From positions 1,888,001-1,952,000 of the forward strand of contig CAXXVL010000002.1 in NCBI GenBank assembly GCA_963667845.2: a DNA stretch of 64,000 nt. Direction: 5' to 3'. Positions within the stretch are counted from its first letter, which is position 1, and the number at the start of each line of letters is the position of its first letter. Source of the DNA: Smithellaceae bacterium (lineage in GTDB: Bacteria > Desulfobacterota > Syntrophia > Syntrophales > Smithellaceae). The translations under genes and the position numbers were made by a program. Below are positions 9,933-20,310 of this stretch, one piece after another. The notes beneath the pieces were generated by a model that made no database searches, had not been told where the DNA came from, and saw only the letters and a list, made by a program, of their open reading frames with translations.

Positions 9933-12833
9933 TTGCTTCGAAAATTATTCTTTCTGATTTTACTATCGATGCTGGTTTATGTACCGGATGTCGCTGTGGC
10001 CCAAACATCCTGGGGGAATTTAACGGCCGAGCAAAAAGCAGTGGTGATGAAGAAATTATCGCCCGAAGAACAACAGCTTCTTCGCAATGAACTGAATAGA
10101 CCTTCCAGAGAATTGACGCCTGAAGCGCTGGACGCGCTGCAGAAGTCTCCGGAATTTAAAAATTTAAAACCGGAAGACATTGTTCAGGGTAAAGAGCTGC
10201 TGGAGAAAAGTGTTATCCCCGCTTCCGTAAAACCGGAACAGAACAAAACAAACGGCCGACAAAGCAATGAAGCAAAACGCGATAGCGGAGACTTGAAGAG
10301 ACGCGTCGGCGACGAGGAAACGCCGACGCTTTTCAAACGCACGCGGGAGATCGGGAAGTATCAGGACATCTCTCTGGATTTAAAACCATTCGGTTATGAT
10401 TTCTTCAAAGAGGCGGCTGTCCGGGTGGTGACCGAGCGGAAGGATATTCCCGTGCCGGCGAAATATATCGTTGGCCCCGGTGATGAAGTAAAGATATTGC
10501 TCTGGGGGCGCGTCAATGCCCAATACAACCTCACGGTCGATCGCAACGGCAGCATCACCATACCGCAGATCGGGCCGCAGTATGTCGCCGGTATGACCTT
10601 TGAGCAGATGTCCACCCATCTCATAAAACAATCGAATCAGATTGTCGGAGCAAATATTGATATTACAATGGGCGCTCTCAAGACAATTCCCATTTTTGTG
10701 CTGGGGGATGTCAAAAGGCCGGGTGCGTACATGATCGGCTCTTTCGCGACGATCACGGACGCGCTTTTACTTGCCGGCGGGCCATCCGAGATAGGGTCTA
10801 TGCGCAATGTTCAGTTAAGAAGAAAAGATCAAATCATGACTACCTTTGATCTTTATAATCTTCTTCTGAAAGGCGACAAATCGTCCGATAAAATCCTGCA
10901 GGCGGGAGATGTTGTTTTTGTGCCCGTGTCAGGACCTCTTGTCGGGATTGCCGGAAATGTGAAACGGCCGGCAATTTACGAGTTAAAGGACAAGATTGAA
11001 TTGCAGTATTTAATAGACTTGTCCGGCGGCATCATTCCGACGGCTTATACTCAGCAGATTCAAATTGAACGGATTGTGAAGAATGAAAAGCAAGTCATTG
11101 TGGATATTGATGATAAAAATTTAAATAAAACCAGGCTGGTTAATCTTCAGGATTCCGATCTGGTTAAAATATTTTCGATCGTGGATGCTGACGTCAACGT
11201 CGTTTTTTTGAACGGCCACGTCAAAAAACCAGGGAAATATGAACTGAAGCCGGGCATGAAGCTCAGGGAAGTCGTCAGGGACATTGATGACTTGTTACCC
11301 GAACCTTATTTAAAGTATGCATTGATTAAAAGATCATTTCCGGTGAGCCGCGAGCCGTTGCTTATCCCATTTCATCTGGGTCACTTGCTGGACGGCAGTG
11401 ATGCCGGCGCGAACATCGATTTAAAGCCGAAAGATGATATTTACATATTCAGCGCCTGGTTTTTTAAAGATAAATCATCCTTTACTGTTCGGGGAGAAGT
11501 GCGCAACCCCGATAAATACGATTTGATCAGGAACAGCAAAGTCAAGGACGCGATCCTGGCCGCCGGCGGCCTGACCAAAGAAGCCTATCTTGACCGGGCG
11601 CAGATTCTGCGCGTCGGAAAAAACAGACAATACGAGCAGATCATTTATTTCAGCGTCACCCGCGCGCTCGATGAGAATGATGAAGACAACATTCCGCTGC
11701 AGGAAGATGATGTCGTCACGATCAGATCTCTTTCCGAAGTGTTTTATCGACAAACTGTGTCTGCAGGAGGTGCTCTCGCCAAACCCGGCAATTTTGAATT
11801 TGCAGAAAAAATGACCGTGAAGGATCTGGTATTTGCTGCTGGTAATGTTCTGGAATCCGCGTATCTTGACGCGGCCGAACTATCTTCAATGGTTATAGAT
11901 AACGGAGCGATTGCCAGAATGGTAACGAGAGACATCAATCTAAGGAAGGCATTAGCAGGCGACCCTGAGCATAACGAAGAATTGAAGCCCTATGACCGGC
12001 TTTTTGTCAGGAACATCACCGATTGGAGGCTGGAGCGTTATATCACCGTCTCAGGACAGGTCAGGTTCTCCGGGAAATACATGATTCAAAAAGGTGAAAA
12101 GCTGTCCTCAGTCATTGAGCGGGCCGGCGGTTATCTGGACGGGGCCTATTTGCGCGGCAGCGTATTTACACGAGAGAGGGTGCGGCTTGATCAGCAGAGG
12201 AGCATGGAGGAAATGGCGGCGCGGATGGAGAAGGATTTGCTGGTGACGGGCACGATGAAGGTTTCTACATCTGTGTCCGTAGAAGAAGTTCAGGCAAAAC
12301 AAAATGAAATAGTTCAAAAGAAAAAATTGATTGAAAATATCAGGAGCATCAAAGCAAAGGGCCGGATGACGGTGAAACTGGCGCCGCTGGAGACATTAAA
12401 AGGCAGTGAATATGACATAGCCCTGGAAAATGGTGATGAGCTTATTATCCCCGAAAGAAACAACGTGGTCGGTGTCGTTGGCTCCGTTATGGGTCAGGGC
12501 TCTCATATCTTTTCTGAAAAAGCCGATTATCAGGACTACATTAACATGAGCGGCGGTTATTCCGATTATGCCGACGAAAGTAATGTCTTTATATTGAAAG
12601 TGGATGGCAGCGCCAGGAAAGCAAAGCGCGGCCTGCTTAACTGGAATCGAAACCCCAATCATCTGGAAACGGTCGTTGTCTCTGAGCGGGACACTTACTA
12701 TGTTGAACCCGGGGACGTTATTGTTGTGCCGGAAAAGTTTGATCGCATTGCCTGGCTGAGAGAAATAAGAGACATAACGCAAATTCTGATGAATACGGCA
12801 GTGATTGCCGGAGTTGTTAAGGTACTATTTTAA
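9933..12833 (+). CDS. Large polysaccharide export protein with multiple SLBB repeats (Wza/KpsD/OtnA-like)
   Basis: Signal peptide; PFGYDFF and YIVGPGDEV poly-export domain; repeated VxGxVxxPGxY SLBB units; C-terminal GDVIVVPEK plus helix. Confidence 0.85.
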   Translation: MLRKLFFLILLSMLVYVPDVAVAQTSWGNLTAEQKAVVMKKLSPEEQQLLRNELNRPSRELTPEALDALQKSPEFKNLKPEDIVQGKELLEKSVIPASVKPEQNKTNGRQSNEAKRDSGDLKRRVGDEETPTLFKRTREIGKYQDISLDLKPFGYDFFKEAAVRVVTERKDIPVPAKYIVGPGDEVKILLWGRVNAQYNLTVDRNGSITIPQIGPQYVAGMTFEQMSTHLIKQSNQIVGANIDITMGALKTIPIFVLGDVKRPGAYMIGSFATITDALLLAGGPSEIGSMRNVQLRRKDQIMTTFDLYNLLLKGDKSSDKILQAGDVVFVPVSGPLVGIAGNVKRPAIYELKDKIELQYLIDLSGGIIPTAYTQQIQIERIVKNEKQVIVDIDDKNLNKTRLVNLQDSDLVKIFSIVDADVNVVFLNGHVKKPGKYELKPGMKLREVVRDIDDLLPEPYLKYALIKRSFPVSREPLLIPFHLGHLLDGSDAGANIDLKPKDDIYIFSAWFFKDKSSFTVRGEVRNPDKYDLIRNSKVKDAILAAGGLTKEAYLDRAQILRVGKNRQYEQIIYFSVTRALDENDEDNIPLQEDDVVTIRSLSEVFYRQTVSAGGALAKPGNFEFAEKMTVKDLVFAAGNVLESAYLDAAELSSMVIDNGAIARMVTRDINLRKALAGDPEHNEELKPYDRLFVRNITDWRLERYITVSGQVRFSGKYMIQKGEKLSSVIERAGGYLDGAYLRGSVFTRERVRLDQQRSMEEMAARMEKDLLVTGTMKVSTSVSVEEVQAKQNEIVQKKKLIENIRSIKAKGRMTVKLAPLETLKGSEYDIALENGDELIIPERNNVVGVVGSVMGQGSHIFSEKADYQDYINMSGGYSDYADESNVFILKVDGSARKAKRGLLNWNRNPNHLETVVVSERDTYYVEPGDVIVVPEKFDRIAWLREIRDITQILMNTAVIAGVVKVLF

Positions 12834-12879
12834 TCCCGCTCACGCGGGACGAGCGTTAATTCTCAGCAGCCTGCTGCGA
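12832..12879 (+). repeat. Dispersed ~55-bp double-hairpin repeat, copy 1
   Basis: AATCCCGCTCACGCGGGACGAGCGTTAATTCTCAGCAGCCTGCTGCGA; overlaps the export gene stop codon; four other copies in the window. Confidence 0.9.
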
Positions 12880-13056
12880 TATAATGACGTTCATTCAGAC
12901 CTTGACAGCTTCTGCGAGGTGGTTGACTTCATTGCCGCTAGATTCAGGAAGTCCACGACGATTAAGCAAAAGAACAGGTAAAAAATTGCCGATGATGTTT
13001 ATGACGTTTTTTATGATGACATTAAACTCGTCTATCTAAATCAGGAAAGGATCGCC

Positions 13057-13488
13057 ATGTTTAAAATCATGAGTAGCGGGCGTCAAAAGAAGAAAGGCTT
13101 CACCTTGATTGAAATACTTGTTGTGATGGTGATGATTGCCATGCTTGCCGCACTGGTTGCCCCAAGGCTTTTTCCTAAACTCGGCAAAGGCAAGCAATCC
13201 ACGGCTAAGGCACAGATCGCACTGCTGGAACAATCGCTGGATCAATTCCGTCTGGACGTGGGTAGATATCCTACCACACAGGAATCTCTTAATGCCCTGG
13301 TCAGTAATCCCAATATTGATAATTGGGATGGTCCCTATCTGAAAAAAGGGTTACCCAACGATCCATGGGGTTTCCCTTATCACTATCAATGCCCCGGAAC
13401 ACATGGCGAGTATGACCTTTTTTCTTATGGCCGCGATGGAGCGCAAGGCGGTGAAGGCGAAGACAAAGATATTGGAAGCTGGGAGTAA
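13057..13488 (+). CDS. gspG: T2SS major pseudopilin
   Basis: KKGFTLIEIL prepilin site; LDVGRYPT, WDGPYL, DPWG, SYGRDG. Confidence 0.95.
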   Translation: MFKIMSSGRQKKKGFTLIEILVVMVMIAMLAALVAPRLFPKLGKGKQSTAKAQIALLEQSLDQFRLDVGRYPTTQESLNALVSNPNIDNWDGPYLKKGLPNDPWGFPYHYQCPGTHGEYDLFSYGRDGAQGGEGEDKDIGSWE

Positions 13489-13500
13489 AAAATATAAAAT

Positions 13501-15609
13501 ATGCGAAAAGCAATACTGATCACTGTCCTGTTGTTGTTTCTGTGCCCGTTGTTACTGCGCGCCGGTTCGCCGGATTCCGCAGGGCCCCTCGGGGCTTCCG
13601 AAGCCAACAAGAAAGAACCCGCTCAGACAAAGCCGATCATTGCCACCCCGCCGGCGCAACCGAATATCACCGTCAGTCAAAAAGAGGTCGGCCCTCAAAC
13701 GCCCGCCATTCCGGACACGCAAAAGAGCGGCACGGAGACGATTCCGCCGTCAACAAAAAATGGTTCGCTCGATCAACCCGCACAACCCCAGCCGGCCTTC
13801 ACGGCCCCTCCGACACCGCATTTGCACTCCCGACGCCCCATGATGCAAGCGGCTCAACCGGAGAGTGCGTCTGCGCCGTCTAATTTACCATCTGGACAGG
13901 CAGCGGTTCCAAACAGAGCCACGATAGTTTCTTCGAGAGGAAACTTTAGTCTGAACTTTGACGATGCCGATATTTATTCCGTCATCCAAACCGTTTTCGG
14001 CGAGATATTGAAAGTCAACTACATCATTGACGCCCGCGTGAAAGGTAGGGTGACATTCAGGTCTTTTGCGCCGGTTCCCATAGAAAAAATATTGCCTTTA
14101 ATGGAAGTCATTTTGAGATTAAACGGTGTGGCGATTATTGAGGAGAACGAACTCTACAGAATCATTCCCATCAGTGATTTGTCGAGAGAGCCTTCGGAAA
14201 TCAAAATCGGACGAAAGATTGTAGATAGCGAGCTGAAAGGCAAAGCCGTTTTGCAGATCGTGCCTCTCCGGTACATGCAGTCGACCGAGATCATTAAGCT
14301 GATTGGCCCATTTGTGTCCACAAACGCCGTGATTGTGGATGTGCCCAAAGCCAATCACATTATTATTGCCGACACGGATGCCAATGTGAAACGCATTCTT
14401 AATTTAATTGAGTACTTTGACGCGGAGATGAAAGACAAAAAAGGCGTCAGGGTTTTTGTATATCACGTGCAGAATGCCAAATCGAAAGACATTGTGGCCA
14501 TGCTGCAGCAAATATTCCTGGGAGGAAAGGCGCAAACAACGGACAAAACAGCAAAGTCTTCACAAGAGTCTACATCCTCTGCTCCTGCGATCCAACCCGT
14601 CATCGTCAACGCTCAGTCCGCTGGGCATGAGGGGGTTGTCTCAAATATTGTTAAGATATTTGCCGATGAAAAATTAAATGCAGTCGTCATTTTAGGCACG
14701 CGTGATGATTATGAAATTATTAAACAGACCATTTCCGAACTGGATTTGGTGCCCAGACAGGTATTGCTTGAAGGCGCCATTGCCTCCCTTCAATTAACGG
14801 ACAACATGAGTTTAGGGTTGGCCTGGTCTCTTAAAACAAATCTAGGCAATCTTAATCCGATCAATATATCATTCAATCCCACGTCGCTTACGGCGACTCC
14901 GGCATCCGACGGATTGAATGTGATCGGTATAGACTCCGGGACGACCGTCCGGGCGGTCATTAATGCTCTGGCCTCACAGTCAAAAGCCAAACTTCTGGCG
15001 TCGCCGCATATCATGGTGTCGGACAACAGTGAAGCAAGGATTCAGGTCGGCCAGCAGGTGCCTATTCCGACATCGGAGACCTATGCAGCCGTCGGCGTCC
15101 TGCCGCAGCGGACCATTCAGTATAAGGACATCGGCATTATTCTGAAGGTGAAGCCTCAGATCAACGACAGCGGGTTGATCAGCCTGCAGATATCACAGGA
15201 GGTATCCACTTTTTCGACGATTGTGTTATATTCCAATGAAAAGCAGATTATTCTCAACAAGACGGAAGCCACAACCGATCTGGTTGTTAAGGACGGCCAC
15301 ACCATTGTGATCGGCGGATTGATCAGAGAAGACGATTCCGATGCCATCGCGGGCATCCCCTGGCTGATTAAAATACCCCTCATCAGTTATCTGTTCGGCA
15401 ATACGACAAAGGAAAAAAACAGAACGGAACTGGTCATCTTGCTGACGCCTTATATTATCAAGGATCAGGAAGCCGCTGCCAACGCGACCTATAGAGTAAC
15501 GAACAAGATTACAGATGAAGAAGTCAGTAAAGAACTTAAACAGAACATTCATAGAAAAGTCGATGAACCTCAAAAAGAAACGCCAAAAAATAATCCTGCC
15601 GTCCGGTAA
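13501..15609 (+). CDS. gspD: T2SS secretin
   Basis: Signal peptide, Pro-rich linker, N0 (LNFDDADI), N domains, secretin domain (QVLLEG, YKDIGIILKVKP, IPLISYLF, RTELVILLTP). Confidence 0.93.
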   Translation: MRKAILITVLLLFLCPLLLRAGSPDSAGPLGASEANKKEPAQTKPIIATPPAQPNITVSQKEVGPQTPAIPDTQKSGTETIPPSTKNGSLDQPAQPQPAFTAPPTPHLHSRRPMMQAAQPESASAPSNLPSGQAAVPNRATIVSSRGNFSLNFDDADIYSVIQTVFGEILKVNYIIDARVKGRVTFRSFAPVPIEKILPLMEVILRLNGVAIIEENELYRIIPISDLSREPSEIKIGRKIVDSELKGKAVLQIVPLRYMQSTEIIKLIGPFVSTNAVIVDVPKANHIIIADTDANVKRILNLIEYFDAEMKDKKGVRVFVYHVQNAKSKDIVAMLQQIFLGGKAQTTDKTAKSSQESTSSAPAIQPVIVNAQSAGHEGVVSNIVKIFADEKLNAVVILGTRDDYEIIKQTISELDLVPRQVLLEGAIASLQLTDNMSLGLAWSLKTNLGNLNPINISFNPTSLTATPASDGLNVIGIDSGTTVRAVINALASQSKAKLLASPHIMVSDNSEARIQVGQQVPIPTSETYAAVGVLPQRTIQYKDIGIILKVKPQINDSGLISLQISQEVSTFSTIVLYSNEKQIILNKTEATTDLVVKDGHTIVIGGLIREDDSDAIAGIPWLIKIPLISYLFGNTTKEKNRTELVILLTPYIIKDQEAAANATYRVTNKITDEEVSKELKQNIHRKVDEPQKETPKNNPAVR

Positions 15610-15646
15610 ATTAAGGCCCCATTCATCATATGCCTTTGTCAGGATG

Positions 15647-15710
15647 GACCGCCAATGATCGGAAGTGTAAAAAAGGTTATGCATTGGCGGTCTTTTGTTC
15701 CAATGCATAA
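15647..15710 (+). promoter_or_regulatory. Two mutually exclusive 11-bp hairpins (terminator/alternative fold)
   Basis: GACCGCCAATG(15647-57)/CATTGGCGGTC(15682-92) followed by TTTTGTT, versus TTATGCATTGG(15677-87)/CCAATGCATAA(15700-10). Confidence 0.55.
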
Positions 15711-15902
15711 TTCAGTTACAGTCATGAGCAAATCATCTAATCGGCAAGACCTGTTTCCCACCGTTCATATTGGATTTGATATAGAGCGGTGAAGACTCAT
15801 CATCTCTTACGCGCTCCCAAAATAGGCATGGAAAACGGAAGAAATCGTCTCGATCAGCCACCTCACAGCAAGTTGTCGGGGTATGAAATGAACGTCATTA
15901 TA

Positions 15903-15950
15903 TTGCATCAAGTTGCGGAGAATTAATGCTCGTCCCGCGTGAGCGGGATT
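15903..15950 (-). repeat. Dispersed double-hairpin repeat, copy 2
   Basis: Reverse complement AATCCCGCTCACGCGGGACGAGCATTAATTCTCCGCAACTTGATGCAA. Confidence 0.9.
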
Positions 15951-15988
15951 AAATTTATCAATCTTATCAATCAGCCAAACAAAGGATC

Positions 15989-17521
15989 ATGATTTTGCAG
16001 CAAAAAGTACTTTATCTTGAGCCGGCGGATTTTCCTAAAGTGCCGTTTGTCATGGAAATGCTGTCTATCCGCTTTATCCGCGAAAATAAGGTTGTGCCGC
16101 TGGAATTCAAACAGGATGGCTTAAAAATTGTCATGGCCGACCCGCACAATCAGGCGGTGATCAACGCGATCAAAATCGCCGTTTCCCGCAATCTGGAAAT
16201 CTATACCAGCGAAAGCCAGGCCATCGATGATTATCTTGAAAAATTCTACAGTCAGGAAACGAAGGACATCAACAAAATCATCGAAAATATCGAAGATAGT
16301 TCCTCCGTACACTACATCCGCGAAGAAGAGGACGATGTCGGCCATCTTCAGGATCTGGCATCCGAAGCTCCTATTATCAGACTGGTCAATATTATTATTA
16401 CGCGCGCGATCGAAAGCCGGGCCAGCGACATTCACATCGAGCCGTTTGATGATGAGGTCAAAGTCCGCTACCGCATCGACGGTGTTTTGCATGATATCGA
16501 GATCATCCCCAAGAAGCTGCAGGCCGCCATTTTTTCCCGCATTAAGATTATGGCGAAATTAAACATTGCGGAAAGACGCCTGCCTCAGGACGGGCGCATC
16601 AAGCTCAAGGTCGGCGGAACGGAAATTGATGTGCGCGTATCCAGTATACCGGTGCTCTATGGCGAAAGTCTGGTGATGCGTCTGCTTGGCCAGAAGGGCA
16701 TTAAGATCGATATGGAACAATTGGGATTCCCTTCGGATTCGCTGGTCACATTCAACAATATTATTAAAAACCCCAACGGCATTATTCTGGTAACCGGCCC
16801 GACGGGCAGCGGGAAAACGACAACGTTATACGGCGCACTGGATAAGATCAATTCCCCTGACAAAAAGATTATCACGGTGGAAGACCCGATAGAGTATCAC
16901 CTCAAGGGAATCAATCAAATACAGGTCATGCCGCAAATCGGTCTCGATTTCCCCAATATCCTGCGCCATATTGTGCGCCAGGACCCGGATATCATCATGA
17001 TCGGCGAAATACGCGATCTCGAAACCGCGGAGATCGCTATTCAATCATCCCTGACGGGGCATCTGGTCTTTTCCACTTTACACACGAATGACGCTCCTAC
17101 AGCCATTACCCGTCTGCTCGACATCGGCGTACCCAACTTCCTTCTGGCCGCAACCATACGCGGTGTTCTGGCACAGCGCCTGGTTCGCGTCATTTGTCCG
17201 GACTGCCGTGAGGTCGACCATGAGGCAATCCATGACGAGCGGGCGAAAGATCTTTTTGCCGAAGAAAAGGTGACTTTCTATCGGGGTCTGGGCTGCGAGA
17301 GATGTGCGTACACCGGCTTTCTGGGCCGTTCCGGTATTTTTGAGCTTTTTACAATTGATAGCACCATTCATCATTTGATAGTCAAAAACGCCGACGGTCA
17401 GCAGATTCGCGAGGCGGCCAGAAAAAATGGCATGCGTACGCTGATGGAAGACGGTCTGCTCAAGGTTAAAGCCGGGGTGACAACCATCAACGAAATATTC
17501 CGAGCGACACAGGAGTTATGA
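15989..17521 (+). CDS. gspE: T2SS ATPase
   Basis: ASDIHIEP, GPTGSGKTTT Walker A, EDPIEY, RQDPDIIMIGEIRD, TGHLVFSTLHTND, CPDC..CERC zinc motif. Confidence 0.95.
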   Translation: MILQQKVLYLEPADFPKVPFVMEMLSIRFIRENKVVPLEFKQDGLKIVMADPHNQAVINAIKIAVSRNLEIYTSESQAIDDYLEKFYSQETKDINKIIENIEDSSSVHYIREEEDDVGHLQDLASEAPIIRLVNIIITRAIESRASDIHIEPFDDEVKVRYRIDGVLHDIEIIPKKLQAAIFSRIKIMAKLNIAERRLPQDGRIKLKVGGTEIDVRVSSIPVLYGESLVMRLLGQKGIKIDMEQLGFPSDSLVTFNNIIKNPNGIILVTGPTGSGKTTTLYGALDKINSPDKKIITVEDPIEYHLKGINQIQVMPQIGLDFPNILRHIVRQDPDIIMIGEIRDLETAEIAIQSSLTGHLVFSTLHTNDAPTAITRLLDIGVPNFLLAATIRGVLAQRLVRVICPDCREVDHEAIHDERAKDLFAEEKVTFYRGLGCERCAYTGFLGRSGIFELFTIDSTIHHLIVKNADGQQIREAARKNGMRTLMEDGLLKVKAGVTTINEIFRATQEL

Positions 17522-18717
17522 TGCCCAGCTATTCCTACCGATCTATTAACAGGGATGGGACAGTTTCAGAAGCTGTGATGGAGGCTCGCAGCGAACATGA
17601 AGTCGAACTGTTGTTGAAGAATAATAACGTCATCCCCCTGCGGATACAGGAAGTCAAACATGGTTTTGGAAAAGATTCATTTTCTTTCCGGTCGGCCAAA
17701 GGTGAGCTGCAGGTTTTCACCACTGAATTGTATACGCTGATGAGCGCCGGTCTGCCGCTGGACCGCAGCTTGAATATTCTGCTTGCCATTACCCGTAATA
17801 AGAAAATGAAGGAAGTCATCTTTGACATCCTCAAGTCCATTCGGGAAGGCGGGACATTTTCCGACGCCCTGCAGAAGCACCCTAAAGTATTTTCCATGCT
17901 TTACATCAACATGATCAGAGCCGGAGAAATAAGCGGCGCACTGGATTTGGTGCTCGAAAAGCTGATTGAATTTCTGGAAGCGTCGGAGGAATTAAAGGAT
18001 CATATCTTTTCCGCAATGATTTATCCGGTGATTCTCGTGATCACCGGCATCTTGTCCGTTATCATTCTGGTGACGGTTGTGCTGCCGAAATTTACCAGAA
18101 TTTTTGCCGATCTGGGGACCCAGCTGCCCGCTTCCACGCAGGTGCTTGTCGCATTCAGCAATATCATCCTGATGTTCTGGTGGGTCATTTTGCTGGCCGC
18201 TGCTGTCGCGTGGTTTGTCATTCGGAGCTATCTCAAAACCGACAAAGGCCGATACAAAGGTGATCAACTGAAACTCAAGGTGATGGGCGACGTCATTTTG
18301 AAACTGGAGACCGCGAGGTTCTGCCGGACATTGGGCGCGCTGTTACGCAGCGGCGTGCCGCTTTTGCAGGCGGTGAAAAATGCCAAGGATATTATCGGCA
18401 ATTTTGTGGTTTCCACGGCTCTGGATCGGGTGACGAAAGAAATCAAGGAAGGGAAGGGCATTTCCAAGCCGCTGTCCGATGCCAATATTTTCCCTGAGCT
18501 GGCCATGTCGATGATCAAGGTCGGCGAAGAGACGGGGCAATTGGATGTGATGCTGATCAAAGTGGCCAATACGTATGAGAAGAGTTTAAAGATTTCCATT
18601 AAACGGTTCATCAGCATTCTGGAGCCGGCACTGATTCTGAGCATGGCTTTGGTGACGGGCTTCATCGTCATATCATTATTGATGGCGATATTCAGCATTA
18701 CGGACATTCCGTTTTAA
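17518..18717 (+). CDS. gspF: T2SS inner-membrane platform protein
   Basis: AGLPL, AGEISG, AMIYP, SGVPLL, GEETG, LEP; three TM helices. Confidence 0.93.
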   Translation: MMPSYSYRSINRDGTVSEAVMEARSEHEVELLLKNNNVIPLRIQEVKHGFGKDSFSFRSAKGELQVFTTELYTLMSAGLPLDRSLNILLAITRNKKMKEVIFDILKSIREGGTFSDALQKHPKVFSMLYINMIRAGEISGALDLVLEKLIEFLEASEELKDHIFSAMIYPVILVITGILSVIILVTVVLPKFTRIFADLGTQLPASTQVLVAFSNIILMFWWVILLAAAVAWFVIRSYLKTDKGRYKGDQLKLKVMGDVILKLETARFCRTLGALLRSGVPLLQAVKNAKDIIGNFVVSTALDRVTKEIKEGKGISKPLSDANIFPELAMSMIKVGEETGQLDVMLIKVANTYEKSLKISIKRFISILEPALILSMALVTGFIVISLLMAIFSITDIPF

Positions 18718-18735
18718 CGGGTTAAGGATAGAACC

Positions 18736-19224
18736 ATGCAGCAGAGAGAGCGATTTCGGGATTCGGGAGAGCGGGGCTTTACGTTGATGGAAATTCTGGT
18801 CGTGATGATGTTGATGTCCTTAATCCTGAGTATCAGTGCCGCCTTATTTTCGAATACGCTGCCCGGAGCGAAGCAGAAAGCGGCAGCCAGGGAAATTGTC
18901 GCAACACTCAGATACGCGAAACATTTGGCTGCTGCCAAAAATGAAAGACAGGTCTTGCTATTTGACCTCGACGCCAGAAGCTATGGCATTCAAGGGAGCG
19001 CTAAGAAGATGATCCCGGAAAAGACCAAACTTTCAATTTATGAATCTGATATCAATACCGCTCCTGTTACCCAGGGGCAGTATACGATCTCATATGATTC
19101 TACCGGTTCCGATCATTGGGGCCGGATCAAACTTTCCAGGGGCGATCGGATCATTCAGATCAAGGCGGATCCGATTATGACGGCTTTGATTACCGATGAT
19201 AAGCACGATGACCGGCATGAATAA
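18736..19224 (+). CDS. gspH: T2SS minor pseudopilin (GspH/FimT-like)
   Basis: RGFTLMEIL prepilin site; position in cluster. Confidence 0.75.
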   Translation: MQQRERFRDSGERGFTLMEILVVMMLMSLILSISAALFSNTLPGAKQKAAAREIVATLRYAKHLAAAKNERQVLLFDLDARSYGIQGSAKKMIPEKTKLSIYESDINTAPVTQGQYTISYDSTGSDHWGRIKLSRGDRIIQIKADPIMTALITDDKHDDRHE

Positions 19225-19630
19225 TTGCGTGATCAAAAACAGGCGGGGTTTCACCCTGCTGGAGATCATGGTCTCGCTGGTACTGATCTGCCTTGTGGTC
19301 GTTTCCGTCATTCAACTCTCTTCAGCCAATTTACGCAATCTGGCCGCTTCCGACGACCGCATCGAGACGCTTGAGCGCGCCAACGCTAAAATGCGCGAGG
19401 TGCTCGACAGCGATCGATTTAAAGACAAGGTCTGGCATGAAGTCGATGCCGAAGGTTATGCTTATGACATCAGCTTTGCTGAAATATTGAAGGAGCGTTC
19501 AGACGCATTATCCGTGAAACTCGTGGAGATTACGGTATCTATGCAGAGTGCAAAAGACAAAGGATCAAAGAAGATAACCCTGAAAACAGCGAAGATGATT
19601 TCCAAATCAGACGCGTTGAAAAGTCAATAA
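19217..19630 (+). CDS. gspI: T2SS minor pseudopilin
   Basis: RRGFTLLEIMVSL; size and position. Confidence 0.75.
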   Translation: MNNCVIKNRRGFTLLEIMVSLVLICLVVVSVIQLSSANLRNLAASDDRIETLERANAKMREVLDSDRFKDKVWHEVDAEGYAYDISFAEILKERSDALSVKLVEITVSMQSAKDKGSKKITLKTAKMISKSDALKSQ

Positions 19631-19652
19631 TGACCCGTTTTCAGGAGGGGAA

Positions 19653-20282
19653 TTGAAATTGAACCAACGAGGCTTCACCCTGCTTGAGCTCATCATCGCG
19701 ATTACCATGCTGGCCGTCATAGTCGGAATCATGACCGGTGCGCTGTCCATGGCTTATAAGACAATGGAGAAGGGCGAAAAGAAAGTGGATGCCCTCGAGC
19801 GGAAAAGAATCGTCTTGCCGCTGATCGAATCACAGATACAATCCGCTTTTTCAAGCGAATATACCGAGCAAGCCGAAAAAAAAAGCCGGTTTGCCGGTGA
19901 AAAAGACAGCCTGACGTTTGCCAGCAATTATTCCCTCTGGAGAGGCACCAGTGGAAACAGTCTGGTCAGATACTATATCAAAAGAACTGACCAGGGCAGA
20001 AGCGTTTTGCATGTTGAAGAACGGATCTTGGGAACAAACGCCGGGAATGAAGCCGGATTGACGAAGGATTATGAATCGATTACATTTCAGTATTATTTGA
20101 AAAATTCACTGGAAGAAGGCAAATGGGTTGACCAGTGGCCTCAAGATGAAAAAAGCATGCCGCGAAAAATAAGGATTAGTTTTGCCGACGGCGTCAATAA
20201 AAAAATAGTGACGGCCAATGTCCTCATCGCAACAGACCTTGTAAATGCTGCCTCAATTGCGCAGCCGGTCACAGCGAAGTGA
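19653..20282 (+). CDS. gspJ: T2SS minor pseudopilin
   Basis: QRGFTLLELIIAI; W..QW...MPRKIRI C-terminal pattern. Confidence 0.8.
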   Translation: MKLNQRGFTLLELIIAITMLAVIVGIMTGALSMAYKTMEKGEKKVDALERKRIVLPLIESQIQSAFSSEYTEQAEKKSRFAGEKDSLTFASNYSLWRGTSGNSLVRYYIKRTDQGRSVLHVEERILGTNAGNEAGLTKDYESITFQYYLKNSLEEGKWVDQWPQDEKSMPRKIRISFADGVNKKIVTANVLIATDLVNAASIAQPVTAK

Positions 20283-20310
20283 GCCGGTGGATTTAATCGA
20301 TGGCATAAGC

